Assembly: GCF_000009045.1 (NCBI RefSeq)
Contig: NC_000964.3
Coordinates: 2,340,001 to 2,372,000, forward strand
Direction of reading: 5' to 3'
Origin: Bacillus subtilis subsp. subtilis str. 168
GTDB taxonomy: Bacteria > Bacillota > Bacilli > Bacillales > Bacillaceae
DNA: 32,000 nt
A model generated the notes under the pieces. The model did no database searches. It had not been told where the DNA came from and saw only the letters and a list, made by a program, of their open reading frames with translations. Shown here in pieces: positions 17,078 to 26,346 of this stretch; position 1 is the stretch's first letter, and each line of letters opens with the position of its first letter. Made by a program: the position numbers and the translations under genes.

Positions 17078-18211
17078 TCACTCCGGTTCTGCTAAATCGG
17101 CATAAATCTGTTCATACTGGCTGACAATTTTTTTAGAAGAAAATTCATTTTCAAGCATCTCTATTGCCGCCTTTGTAAAACGATTGCTTAGCTGTTCATC
17201 TTCTAAAATGCTCATCGCGCGGGCTGTTGCGGCCGTAACATCACCGACATCCACCAAAAATCCGCTCACATTGTTTTTTATAACCTCAGGGATACCGCCA
17301 ATGTTTGTTCCAATACAAGGCACTCCGCAAGCCATCGCTTCAAGCAGGACAAGGCCAAAGCTTTCTTTTTCAGATAGCAGCAGCTTCAAATCGCTAATAG
17401 AATAAAGATCTTCAACACGGTCTTGATTTCCAAGCATTAAGACTTGGTCTTCCAAGCCATATTTTCTGATAAGCTCGCAGGCTGTCGATTTCTCCGGACC
17501 GTCTCCGACTAAAAGCAGCTTCGCTTTCGTTTTGCCAGCGATATTGCGGAACACACGGATGACATCCTGCACGCGTTTAACTTTTCTGAAGTTGGACACA
17601 TGGATGACGACTTTTTCATCTGGTAAAATTCCATGTTTCTCTTTAATTGCCGCTGTGTTTTTCTTCAGATACACGCGCTCGTCTATAAAGTTATAAATCG
17701 TTTCAATTTTTTTCTCCGGTTTAATTAAATCGTATGTTTCAGCCGCAAGCGCTGAGGAGACGGCCGTCACCCTGTCTGATGACTCAATAGCAAAACGGAT
17801 CAGATCTTTTAGAGACGGATCATAACCTAACACCGTGATATCCGTGCCATGCAAAGTGGTAACAATGCCGATATTGCGTTTCAGCATTTGTTTTGCAAGA
17901 TAGGCGCAAACGGCATGCGGGAGAGCATAGTGAGCATGGATAATGTCTAAATTCTCCCGTTCCGCCACCTCAGCGATTTTGCTTGCCAATGTCAAATCAT
18001 ACGGAGGATACTTAAAAACAGCATATTGATTAACCTCAACTTCATGAAAATGAATATTGGGATGATATGTATTCAGTCTAAACGGAATGCTTGATGTGAT
18101 GAAATGGATTTCATGTCCCTTTTCAGCAAGCTGCTTCCCCAGTTCTGTCGCAATGATACCTGAGCCTCCAACGCTCGGATAGCATGTGATTCCTATTTTT
18201 AGTTTTCTCAT
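17078..18211 (-). CDS. bshA: GT4 glycosyltransferase: L-malate N-acetylglucosaminyltransferase, the first step of bacillithiol synthesis
   Basis: 377 aa with a GT-B/GT4 fold signature and E-x7-E ([18 protein letters not shown]). The ATG overlaps the bshB1 stop (ATGA at 18208-18211). It matches the recalled YpjH/BshA. Confidence 0.9.
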
Positions 18212-18918
18212 TGTTCGCCCCCAAGCACATCATGATCAAGCATCAGCATCCGTTTGGAAAAGAAACCTTCGGCATACTCCACGCCCGCTTCTTTACCGTA
18301 AAGCTTTTCTCTCGCTTCAACGATTTCAATATACCCATTCGTCAGAGGAGTAGAAACGGAATCCTTTGACGGGATAAACTGGCTTTTGTAGGCGTTGAGG
18401 CTTTGTTTCTTTGCCTCTATTGTATCCGAGATATCAATAACAAAATCCGGCTGATGAAAACCATTTATCATATAATAGTAAACCTTGCTGACTTTATGCG
18501 CCGGAAGGCTTTTTTCGTCTTTATATTTATGGATTCCGGCGGAAAAGATCGCTTCTTCCACCAGTGCAGCCGCATTGCCGTGATCCGGATGGCGATCCTT
18601 TTTATACGGCATAAAAACCGCTTTTGGCCGACAGATTCTGATGACAGTGACAATTGACCGAATTGCCTGATCACTCATTATTAGGCCGCGGTCTGGAAGC
18701 GTTAGCTGAATTCTTTTATCTGCGCCTAATATGCGGGCTGCTTCAGCTGCTTCTTCTTTACGCAAACTGACCGTACCGTTAGAAGAGAGTTCCGCTTCTG
18801 TCAAATCGCATATCATTACTTTTTTTTCCTGTTTGACAAACTTCGCTATTGTGCCGCCCATTCCGATCTCGACATCATCACTGTGGGCGCCAAAAGCAAG
18901 AACGTCAGCATTATACAT
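18208..18918 (-). CDS. bshB1: LmbE-family GlcNAc-malate deacetylase, the second step of bacillithiol synthesis
   Basis: 236 aa from the ATG at 18918 with a GGGGAG SD. Zn-site motifs are present ([12 protein letters not shown] and DRHPDH). The start overlaps the mgsA 3' end by 8 nt (ATGTATAA). The track ORF is extended by 38 codons. Confidence 0.9.
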
Positions 18919-19324
18919 TCGGCTCTTCTCCCCGAAGAAGGTCACGGAATTCGAAAACACCTTCATCAAGTGTGCGCACAAGAATTTCCGCAGTACCCAT
19001 ATTTGTGGCGAGCGGAATGGAATACACATCACATAAACGGATTAATGCCGAGACATCCGGTTCATGCGGCTGCGCGGTCAGCGGGTCGCGCAAAAAAATG
19101 ACAAGATCGAGTGCATTGGCAGCGATCAGTGCACCGATTTGCTGGTCTCCCCCTAAAGGGCCGGATTGAAAACGTTCAATTTGAAGACCTGTCGCCTCAT
19201 GAATTTTCAACCCTGTGGTTCCGGTTGCGTATAGATCATGATTCTTTAAAATATCCCGATAGGCAGTCGTAAATTGAACCATATCCTGTTTTTTCTTGTC
19301 ATGCGCGATCAAAGCAATTTTCAT
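18911..19324 (-). CDS. mgsA: Methylglyoxal synthase
   Basis: 137 aa with the conserved N-terminus [10 protein letters not shown] and GGDQQ segments typical of MgsA. Confidence 0.93.
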   Translation of the reverse strand: MKIALIAHDKKKQDMVQFTTAYRDILKNHDLYATGTTGLKIHEATGLQIERFQSGPLGGDQQIGALIAANALDLVIFLRDPLTAQPHEPDVSALIRLCDVYSIPLATNMGTAEILVRTLDEGVFEFRDLLRGEEPNV

Positions 19325-19339
19325 TGTTTATCCCCCCGT

Positions 19340-20143
19340 CTAATCAATGATATTTTCTAAACCATACACAAGCTGATCAATCTTCATGACTTGTTCGACT
19401 GACAGTTTAACGCCTGACATGAAAGAAGCACGGTTATAAGAATCATGGCGTATCTGAAGCGTTTGGCCATCCATGCCGAACATGACCTCCTGATGCGCGA
19501 TCAGTCCCGGAAGACGGACGCTGTGCAAGCGAATACCGTTTTGCTCCGCTCCTCTTGCTCCTGGGAGAATTTCTTTTTCATCCGGATGTCCTTGCTGCTT
19601 TTCTTTACGGACTTCTGAAATCATTTCCGCTGTTTTAAGCGCAGTTCCGCTTGGTGCGTCAAGCTTCTGGTCATGATGAAGCTCAATAATCTCAACATCC
19701 TCAAAATAGTTGGCAGCCATTTTTGAAAATTTCATCATCAGTATCGCACCGAGCGCAAAATTTGGCGCGATGATGGCTCCGATCCCTTTTTCTTCTGTTA
19801 AAGATGTGAGCTCTTTTAAATCAGCTTCTGAGAAACCGGTTGTTCCGACAACTGGACGGACTCCGTGCTCTAATGCAATTTTTGTATGTACTTTTCCGAT
19901 TTCGGGCGTTGTTAAATCAATCAAGACATCCGGTTGTGTTTCTGTAAAACAGGCATGGATATCTGTGTAAATGAAAGCATCTGACTCAACAGGCATCACA
20001 TCAGATAATTTTTGCTGATCGTATGTATGGTCTATGGCCCCTACAAGGTCAAAATGTGGTGTTCGTTCTGCCAATTTAACAGCTTCCTGCCCCATTCTTC
20101 CACGCGGTCCCGCAATGACTAATTTAATTGTTTCGTTTGACAT
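19340..20143 (-). CDS. dapB: 4-hydroxy-tetrahydrodipicolinate reductase
   Basis: 267 aa with a Rossmann GxxGxxG (IAGPRGRMG) and the DapB signature [15 protein letters not shown]. Confidence 0.94.
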   Translation of the reverse strand: MSNETIKLVIAGPRGRMGQEAVKLAERTPHFDLVGAIDHTYDQQKLSDVMPVESDAFIYTDIHACFTETQPDVLIDLTTPEIGKVHTKIALEHGVRPVVGTTGFSEADLKELTSLTEEKGIGAIIAPNFALGAILMMKFSKMAANYFEDVEIIELHHDQKLDAPSGTALKTAEMISEVRKEKQQGHPDEKEILPGARGAEQNGIRLHSVRLPGLIAHQEVMFGMDGQTLQIRHDSYNRASFMSGVKLSVEQVMKIDQLVYGLENIID

Positions 20144-20154
20144 CTTGATCTCCT

Positions 20155-20490
20155 CTACTTTCCTTCTTCTTTTCTGGTCCAGCGATCTTTATCTCTTGTA
20201 TTAAATTTATGCATGACTCGGTCGTGAGCTTCCTCTAAAGAGATATCAAGAGAGTTGGCTAAACAAACCAATACAAATAGCACATCGCCTATTTCCTCTT
20301 CCATGCTTTTATCATCTTCAGTCGCTTTTTTTGGTTTTTCTCCATAACGGTGATTCACTTCTCTGGCAAGCTCGCCCAGTTCTTCAGTCAGCCTCGCCAT
20401 CATGGCCAGCGGGCTAAAATATCCTTCTTTAAATTGGCCTATGTAACGGTCTACTTCAGCCTGTATGTCTTTCATTGTTTTATCACTCAC
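20155..20490 (-). CDS. ypjD: MazG-like nucleoside triphosphate pyrophosphohydrolase family protein
   Basis: 111 aa with a GTG start and a TAGGAGG SD. It has paired E-x-x-E / E-x-x-D metal motifs ([20 protein letters not shown]). Confidence 0.85.
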   Translation of the reverse strand: MSDKTMKDIQAEVDRYIGQFKEGYFSPLAMMARLTEELGELAREVNHRYGEKPKKATEDDKSMEEEIGDVLFVLVCLANSLDISLEEAHDRVMHKFNTRDKDRWTRKEEGK

Positions 20491-20518
20491 TGAACGAAAC
20501 CTCCTATCATCCTCTTAC

Positions 20519-20547
20519 ATGTTAGCTAATTCAGATACGTTTGACAA
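20519..20547 (-). promoter_or_regulatory. Putative sigma-A promoter of the ypjD-dapB-mgsA-bshB1-bshA-cca-birA operon
   Basis: The minus strand reads TTGTCA - 17 nt - TAACAT, about 30 nt upstream of the ypjD GTG. Confidence 0.45.
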
Positions 20548-20561
20548 ATGTTTAAGCACGT

Positions 20562-20590
20562 TTGCTGTTTTCTTTTTCATCCACTATAAT
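20562..20590 (+). promoter_or_regulatory. Putative sigma-A promoter of ypjC
   Basis: The plus strand reads TTGCTG - 17 nt - TATAAT, about 40 nt upstream of the ypjC start. It sits back-to-back with the ypjD promoter. Confidence 0.5.
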
Positions 20591-20629
20591 ATAAACGCTA
20601 TCTAATGGAAGGAAAAGGGGTTTTGTGTG

Positions 20630-21502
20630 ATGCTTGGAGAAATTAGATTAAAAAACATATTTTTTATTTTAATCGGAGCGGCAATTTTTTCATTTGGCTT
20701 GGTTCATTTCAATATGCAGAACAATCTGGCTGAGGGCGGTTTTACAGGTATTACACTTTTGCTTTATGCCCTTTTCCACATCAGCCCCTCTATATCGAAC
20801 CTGGTGTTGAACATTCCGATTTTTTTTATTGGCTGGCGTTTGCTCGGCAGGACAATGTTTGTTTATACCCTTGTCGGCACTGTAGCCTTGTCTTTGTTCC
20901 TCAGCATCTTTCAGCGATATGAAATCCATATGCCCCTTCAGCACGACTTAGCGCTCGCCGCTTTATTTGCCGGCGTATTCATCGGAGCCGGACTGGGTAT
21001 TATTTTTAAGTTCGGCGGTACGACAGGCGGTGTTGATATCATCGCACGTTTAGTGAATAAGTATTTTGGGATTCCGATGGGCAGAACGATGTTTGCTTTC
21101 GATGCCTGCGTCATCATTTTGTCTTTGCTTACTTATCTCTCCTATAAAGAAGCGATGTATACGCTGGTAGCTGTATTTGTAGCGGCAAGATTAATCGATT
21201 TTATTCAGGAAGGCGGATACGCTGCTAAAGGCGCTACGATCATCTCTTCGAAAAACGACCTGATTCAGAAAAAGATTCTTGAAGAAATGGAACGGGGCGT
21301 CACCATTTTGAAAGGACAAGGTTCCTACACAAAAGAGGATATAGATGTACTTTATTGTGTGGTGCCGAAAAATGAATTGGTGATGCTGAAAAGCGTGATT
21401 AACTCCATTGATCCCCATGCCTTTGTAGCGGTAAGCGATGTTCACGATGTGCTCGGAGAAGGATTTACGCTTGATGAAAATAAAAATCCGCTTCCGCGCT
21501 GA
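20630..21502 (+). CDS. ypjC: YitT-family integral membrane protein (multi-TM N-terminus plus a DUF2179-type soluble C-terminal domain)
   Basis: 290 aa from the ATG at 20630 (the adjacent GTG at 20627 is also possible). An AAAGGGG SD is present. It has 5-6 predicted TM helices followed by a soluble C-terminus (...VTILKGQGSYT...VAVSDVHDVLGEGF). Confidence 0.85.
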   Translation: MLGEIRLKNIFFILIGAAIFSFGLVHFNMQNNLAEGGFTGITLLLYALFHISPSISNLVLNIPIFFIGWRLLGRTMFVYTLVGTVALSLFLSIFQRYEIHMPLQHDLALAALFAGVFIGAGLGIIFKFGGTTGGVDIIARLVNKYFGIPMGRTMFAFDACVIILSLLTYLSYKEAMYTLVAVFVAARLIDFIQEGGYAAKGATIISSKNDLIQKKILEEMERGVTILKGQGSYTKEDIDVLYCVVPKNELVMLKSVINSIDPHAFVAVSDVHDVLGEGFTLDENKNPLPR

Positions 21503-21511
21503 CATGTAATA

Positions 21512-21536
21512 GAAAAAAGGCGGCTGACCGCCGCCC
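21512..21536 (-). terminator. Rho-independent terminator of ypjB (the hairpin is shared with the convergent ypjC)
   Basis: The minus strand reads GGCGG-TCAG-CCGCC followed by TTTTTT, between the ypjB stop (21544) and the ypjC stop (21502). There is no T run on the plus strand. Confidence 0.7.
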
Positions 21537-21543
21537 CTCATCC

Positions 21544-22338
21544 TTATTTAGGGTAGTCCCTTTTTTTCAGCTTGTTTTTTTCCGCCTTGTACTTTCTGTA
21601 ACCGACATAGGTAAGAGCAGTAATGATGATACTGCCGGTTGTAATGATCACCCAGAGTAAAGACGGATCGGCATCATCCTCCTCCACCCTGTCAAACACA
21701 TTTTTCAGGTCATGCTGAAGAAGGGAAAGCCGTTCAAGCTTCGTGCTCTCTGTCATTTGCTGAAATTCCTCTTGCTCAATAACATCTATATGTTTTCCGA
21801 CTGTTTCAAGCTGATCCTCTGATACATCGATTGTAAGACTGGGGTAAATCAAGTCATATAAACTGATAAATTCATTCCATTTTTCATGAAAGCTTGTGCT
21901 TCCATTCTTTTGGACATCTCGCTTCAGTTCAGTAAAAGCTTCCATAATCGGTTTTTCCAGTGAGCCCCAAAGCGGGTCAGACCGATTGTCAACCGCATCC
22001 ATCAGCATTCTGAACTGCGCGGCTGCTCTGAGTTTTTGTGTGTCTGATGTATCAGCTTGCTTTAAACTCCGAACCATATCATTATAGCCCAATGTGATTT
22101 GACGAATTTGGGCTCCCGTTAGCATGGGGTCTTGCTGTTTTTTCTCAGCGGATTTTAATGTTTTTTCAAAATACTCCAAGACTTGAAGCGCCTCTTCATA
22201 TTTCGCCTGTCGGGTCATTTGAAAGACTGTATCGGATAAATCATTCAATTCCTCGAGGCTTCCCCGCTCTGCAGCCTTGGCATTTCCATTATAAAAAATA
22301 AGTGCAATCAACAAACAGATCGTCAGCTTTCGTTTCAT
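21544..22338 (-). CDS. ypjB: Sporulation-associated protein YpjB (N-terminal signal/anchor, C-terminal TM)
   Basis: 264 aa from the ATG at 22338 with a GGGAGGG SD 6 nt upstream. It has a signal-like N-terminus (KLTICLLIALIFYNGNAKA) and a C-terminal TM (LLWVIITTGSIIITALTYVGY). Confidence 0.8.
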   Translation of the reverse strand: MKRKLTICLLIALIFYNGNAKAAERGSLEELNDLSDTVFQMTRQAKYEEALQVLEYFEKTLKSAEKKQQDPMLTGAQIRQITLGYNDMVRSLKQADTSDTQKLRAAAQFRMLMDAVDNRSDPLWGSLEKPIMEAFTELKRDVQKNGSTSFHEKWNEFISLYDLIYPSLTIDVSEDQLETVGKHIDVIEQEEFQQMTESTKLERLSLLQHDLKNVFDRVEEDDADPSLLWVIITTGSIIITALTYVGYRKYKAEKNKLKKRDYPK

Positions 22339-22406
22339 GCAGGTCCCTCCCACTCTCTCTCCTTACAGAATATGAAGAAAGGGACAAGGATAGACCAACA
22401 TTGTCT

Positions 22407-23000
22407 TTACATCAGCTCAAGCTTCGTTTGCTTTTTTGAGACCACAAGAAAGTAAGCAAGCGCGATTGAAAAGATACTTAGCCAAAATGTTCCGTATCCT
22501 ATTTCAGTCATATAATCAGAAAGCATAGAGTATTGCGGCATCATATCAAACAAGTAGTCAATGACATCGTTATGCAGTGTCCAGACTGCAGCAATTGCAA
22601 GATGCCAAAATGAAAAACGAAAATACGGACTGTATAATACGCCTTGAACTGCCATTGCAAAATGCGAAGCAATTAGCATGTAGCCCTCCCACGGCAAGTC
22701 ACCAGTTACTGCAAGCACAAGAAAATTCATAGCCACCGCCCATAGGCCATACTTTACGAGGGTAACTAGCGCAAGCGCCTCTAAAAGCGGAGCATTCCGT
22801 TTCATGAGAAAGGCAAGCAGCACAAACAGAAAGAAAAACGTTGCTGTCGGACTGTCCGGAACAAAAATCAGGAAACGGGCCGGTGTCTCCAAAAGCTGCG
22901 GCAAGTACCAATAGTAGCCGTAAACCGTTCCCAGAAAATTAATGGCTAAGACAAGAATAAGCATCGGCCGCTGCCCTAATACATATTGAAACCATTTCAC
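22407..23000 (-). CDS. ypjA: Polytopic membrane protein of unknown function (DUF1405 family as recalled)
   Basis: The ORF is 197 aa from the GTG at 23000. The alternative ATG at 22964 would give 185 aa. Neither start has a strong SD. It has 5-6 hydrophobic helices rich in aromatic residues. Confidence 0.7.
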   Translation of the reverse strand: MKWFQYVLGQRPMLILVLAINFLGTVYGYYWYLPQLLETPARFLIFVPDSPTATFFFLFVLLAFLMKRNAPLLEALALVTLVKYGLWAVAMNFLVLAVTGDLPWEGYMLIASHFAMAVQGVLYSPYFRFSFWHLAIAAVWTLHNDVIDYLFDMMPQYSMLSDYMTEIGYGTFWLSIFSIALAYFLVVSKKQTKLELM

Positions 23001-23041
23001 ATCGAATCAACTCTCAGTCTGTAAAAATAATATGTCCATAT

Positions 23042-23069
23042 AAAAAAGCTGACGCCGGGTCAGCTTTTG
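23042..23069 (-). terminator. Rho-independent terminator of qcrABC
   Basis: The minus strand reads AGCTGAC-CCGGC-GTCAGCT followed by TTTTTT, about 45 nt downstream of the qcrC stop. Confidence 0.8.
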
Positions 23070-23110
23070 ATAATAAAAGTATATCCTTCCATTTGACAAT
23101 TCACAATACG

Positions 23111-23878
23111 TTATTTTGCGGTTGTTTCAGAAATAAATTTTGCAAGTTCTTCGAGCTGCTTATCATTTCCTTTGAACACACCCGCCGGCATTTTGCCTTT
23201 CCCTTCTACAGCGATTTTTTTGATTTCATCCGGTTTCAGCCCGCTGTCAACCAATGAAGGCCCGGCCGCTCCTCCCTGAAGGTTATCCCCATGGCAAGAA
23301 ATACAGCCCTGTTCCTTAAAAACCTTATATCCTTCTGCATTGGTGTCAATGTCGGCTTCTTTTGTAATTTTCCCCTGTTCTTCTGCCTTGGCCCAGTCAT
23401 GAGTAGCAACTGACTGCCACGTCAAAAATACAGCAGCGGAAATGGCCAGAAGCATCATACCGACAGCGACCGGACGCTTCCACGGCCTTCTTTCTGTCCC
23501 TCTGTCTAGGAATGGAGCCAAAAGCAGGGCCCCAAAAGCGAGACCTGGCATAATCATGGCGCCGACCACTGTAAAGCTTCCGGCGGCGTATTCATACTTC
23601 AACAGCTGGTATAAGAAAAGAAAATACCAATCCGGCAGCGGAATATAACCAGTATCAGTCGGGTCCGCCATCCGCTCTAAAGGCGGCTGATGCACAATCG
23701 TCAAAACGAGAAAACCGATGAGAAAGACAGCTCCAACCATCCATTCCTTTAACAAGAAATTTGGCCAGAAAGCCTCTGTTTTACCCGGATACTCCGAATA
23801 ATCCTTCGGTATATTCGGCTTTTTTTCAGCCGGTATCCTTGAGTCGCCTACAAATTTCATCCCTTTGCCCCGGTGCAT
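23111..23878 (-). CDS. qcrC: Menaquinol:cytochrome c reductase cytochrome b/c subunit (a subunit-IV-like membrane domain fused to a c-type cytochrome)
   Basis: 255 aa with three TM helices in the N-terminal half and a C-terminal heme c binding motif CISCH. Confidence 0.92.
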   Translation of the reverse strand: MHRGKGMKFVGDSRIPAEKKPNIPKDYSEYPGKTEAFWPNFLLKEWMVGAVFLIGFLVLTIVHQPPLERMADPTDTGYIPLPDWYFLFLYQLLKYEYAAGSFTVVGAMIMPGLAFGALLLAPFLDRGTERRPWKRPVAVGMMLLAISAAVFLTWQSVATHDWAKAEEQGKITKEADIDTNAEGYKVFKEQGCISCHGDNLQGGAAGPSLVDSGLKPDEIKKIAVEGKGKMPAGVFKGNDKQLEELAKFISETTAK

Positions 23879-23912
23879 GTCATCCCCTCCCTTTTATTCG
23901 CAGATCAAGAGT

Positions 23913-24587
23913 TTAAAGCGGTCCTGAAATCCCCTGCTTCCGGATCATAATAAAATGTGCAGCCATCAGCCCGAACAATGCGGCAGGAAGAAAAAATACA
24001 TGGATCGCAAAAAACCTAGTCAGCGTTTGGGCGCCTACAATATCCGGATGCCCTGCAAGGAGCGTTTTAACTTGCGTTCCGATCAAAGGCGTGGCTTCGG
24101 CGATCTGCAGTCCGACTTTTGTTGCAAACAGAGCCTTCATATCCCAAGGAAGCAAGTAGCCTGTAAAGCCAAGACCGAGCATAACAAAAAAGATCAGCAC
24201 ACCGACAATCCAGTTCAGCTCGCGCGGTTTTTTATACGCGCCTTGGAAAAAGACCCTCAGCGTATGTAAAAACATCATCACAATGACCAGGCTCGCACCC
24301 CAGTGGTGCATCCCCCTGACAATCTGGCCGAATGCCACTTCATTTTGCAAATAATATACCGATTCCCAGGCATTTTTGATATCAGGCACATAATACATCG
24401 TTAAAAACATTCCAGATAATACTTGGATAACGGTTACAAAAAACGTCAGTCCCCCAAAGCAATACACAAACGCAGAGAAATGATGGGCGGGATTCACATG
24501 TTCCGGTACTTCGTGATCGGCAATATCCCTCCACATCGGTGTAATATCAAGCCGCTCGTCTACCCAGTCATAAATTTTGTTCAGCAT
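23913..24587 (-). CDS. qcrB: Menaquinol:cytochrome c reductase cytochrome b subunit (b6-like)
   Basis: 224 aa from the ATG at 24587 with a GGGAAGGGTGA SD. It has four TM helices with conserved His pairs. The start lies 1 nt after the qcrA stop (TGA C ATG). Confidence 0.92.
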   Translation of the reverse strand: MLNKIYDWVDERLDITPMWRDIADHEVPEHVNPAHHFSAFVYCFGGLTFFVTVIQVLSGMFLTMYYVPDIKNAWESVYYLQNEVAFGQIVRGMHHWGASLVIVMMFLHTLRVFFQGAYKKPRELNWIVGVLIFFVMLGLGFTGYLLPWDMKALFATKVGLQIAEATPLIGTQVKTLLAGHPDIVGAQTLTRFFAIHVFFLPAALFGLMAAHFIMIRKQGISGPL

Positions 24588-24588
24588 G

Positions 24589-25092
24589 TCACCCTTCCCC
24601 CTTAGGCTTTGCTTTTCCAAGATACAGGAAGCCGTCTTTTACTTCTTGCTCATAATGATCAAGAGGCGCAAGCGGCGGCGTGCCAGGGACATTGGTGCCG
24701 TCCTTTTCATAGAGTCCGTAATGGCATGGACAAAAGAATTTATTCGGGTTTTTAGGATCACTATTCCAGTTCACCGTACACCCTAAATGCTTACAAATTG
24801 GCGAAAGTGCTACAATTTCATCCCCGTTTTTGAAGACCCAGGCTGATCTTGACTCTTCTGACTCATACCAGGCATCGACTTGATTAATTTTAAAATCAAA
24901 GCGCTGCGGCTCTTTTGTCAACTCATCAACGCTGACAACCTGAACCATATCCTGCTTCCCTGTCGATTTTAATACCGGGTCGAGTGCGAAGCGAACCATA
25001 GGCATGAGCATACTAGCCGCCATAAAACCTCCTACGCCTGTGAGCGTATAATTCAAAAATTGACGTCTGGATATATCATGTTTTCCGCCCAT
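24589..25092 (-). CDS. qcrA: Menaquinol:cytochrome c reductase Rieske iron-sulfur subunit
   Basis: 167 aa with a twin-arginine signal (SRRQFL) and Rieske boxes CKHLGC and CPCHYG. Confidence 0.94.
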   Translation of the reverse strand: MGGKHDISRRQFLNYTLTGVGGFMAASMLMPMVRFALDPVLKSTGKQDMVQVVSVDELTKEPQRFDFKINQVDAWYESEESRSAWVFKNGDEIVALSPICKHLGCTVNWNSDPKNPNKFFCPCHYGLYEKDGTNVPGTPPLAPLDHYEQEVKDGFLYLGKAKPKGEG

Positions 25093-25166
25093 CTCTTCTC
25101 CCCCCTCTAAGTCACCCCTGCAAACTGACTAAAATAGAAAATATTGCAATAACTCTAGACACCCTC

Positions 25167-25195
25167 ATAATATATGAATCTCTCAGCAAGGTCAA
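25167..25195 (-). promoter_or_regulatory. Putative sigma-A promoter of qcrABC
   Basis: The minus strand reads TTGACC - 17 nt - TATTAT, about 75 nt upstream of the qcrA ATG. Confidence 0.55.
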
Positions 25196-25234
25196 TATAG
25201 CCAAAATATTGTTTATAAGGAAATGTAAGTGTTT

Positions 25235-25681
25235 TTATAAAGTGCTCCATAACTGTAACAAAACGTTCAAAATTTCAGCAGTGCGTTCATCCAATATTTT
25301 TCTTTTTAAAGAGTCATTTAAATGCTCTAATGGAACAGACGATGTAACAATCATTTTGCCTAACGCATCCTCAGCTCTCCAACTTTCGTCAGATGTGAGC
25401 AGGACAACATGCGGAAATTCCGTTATCAGCTCTTCCCGCAAATCCTTAAGCCCTTGAACGGTTATTTCATTTCTATCAACATATGTATAAGGCGGAAGTA
25501 AATATACCCGTCCCTTTAACTGCCTTTCAAGTTCTTCTGAGAGAAGCTGCGTAAACTCGCCTTTCTCCGCCGCCATTTTAAAATGGTTATTAACCCTTAT
25601 GTTAATTAATGGTATGACAGCGGTATCAATGTAATCCTTAGCTTGTAAATAGTCCTTGGCATCAGTGATTCTCCACCTCAT
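25235..25681 (-). CDS. ypiF: Conserved protein of unknown function YpiF
   Basis: 148 aa with an AAAGGGGGAG SD. I recognise no motif. The name comes from recalled synteny. Confidence 0.75.
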   Translation of the reverse strand: MRWRITDAKDYLQAKDYIDTAVIPLINIRVNNHFKMAAEKGEFTQLLSEELERQLKGRVYLLPPYTYVDRNEITVQGLKDLREELITEFPHVVLLTSDESWRAEDALGKMIVTSSVPLEHLNDSLKRKILDERTAEILNVLLQLWSTL

Positions 25682-25704
25682 CGTTCTCCCCCTTTACGGC
25701 AACA

Positions 25705-25728
25705 AGCCTTGCAATTCACTGCAAGGCT
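25705..25728 (-). other. Perfect 9-bp stem-loop in the ypiB-ypiF spacer (no U tract)
   Basis: AGCCTTGCA-6 nt loop-TGCAAGGCT, located 7 nt after the ypiB stop and upstream of the ypiF SD. Confidence 0.6.
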
Positions 25729-25735
25729 GGTCATA

Positions 25736-26275
25736 TTATGTGAGCTGATTTAATTGGCGCGATAATTGTTCAAATGCCTCTTTATCATGACGATCTAACG
25801 CGTCGTCAATGTCTTTTAATAATTTTTCTCTTTGGAATGTGGAAATAGCGTGCTCTAAAATCTGTTCCGCCAATCCCTGATCTTTTTTATTCTCAAAAAG
25901 GTTTTTCGGAATATGCGGGTTGGACTCCAGCACCGCCGCATATTCAGGTGAGCTGTAAGCCGAACGGAAATTAAGCTGGATAAACAAATCCTGCTGTTTA
26001 TTTAATCTAATATCATGAAAAGATTTTTCCGCGTCGGTAGTCATGACATTCTCTTTATAGAACCGGAACGGAACTTCTTCAACACAATGTGTTGACATTA
26101 TAATGCCTCTCGGGCAAAATTCAGCCTGCTCCACAAAATGAACCTTCTCCATGAGAGAATCATGGCTCATTAAGTAGTTCAAGATCCAAACGCACTCTCG
26201 GCGCTTTAACTGATAATGGTTTAAAAACCAACGGATAAAATCTTTTTTCTCATTGACAGAAACAGGGGTCTGCAT
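25736..26275 (-). CDS. ypiB: Conserved protein of unknown function YpiB (UPF0302 family as recalled)
   Basis: 179 aa with an AGAGGAGGG SD 6 nt upstream. Confidence 0.78.
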   Translation of the reverse strand: MQTPVSVNEKKDFIRWFLNHYQLKRRECVWILNYLMSHDSLMEKVHFVEQAEFCPRGIIMSTHCVEEVPFRFYKENVMTTDAEKSFHDIRLNKQQDLFIQLNFRSAYSSPEYAAVLESNPHIPKNLFENKKDQGLAEQILEHAISTFQREKLLKDIDDALDRHDKEAFEQLSRQLNQLT

Positions 26276-26346
26276 GTAATTCCCTCCTCTATCGTTCGTA
26301 TAATCTATATACTTATATGTTCCACATGAATGGTTAATATTCCTGC

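Noticed and set aside
20541-20546. Perfect TTGACA -35 hexamer on the plus strand
   Set aside because: No -10-like hexamer lies 16-18 nt downstream. The same bases read as the TTGTCA -35 of the minus-strand ypjD promoter.
20515-20580. 21-codon minus-strand ORF (MKKKTANVLKHLSNVSELANM) in the ypjD-ypjC spacer
   Set aside because: It has no usable SD, since GTGG directly abuts the ATG. It also spans the predicted ypjD promoter, so it would lie upstream of the transcription start.
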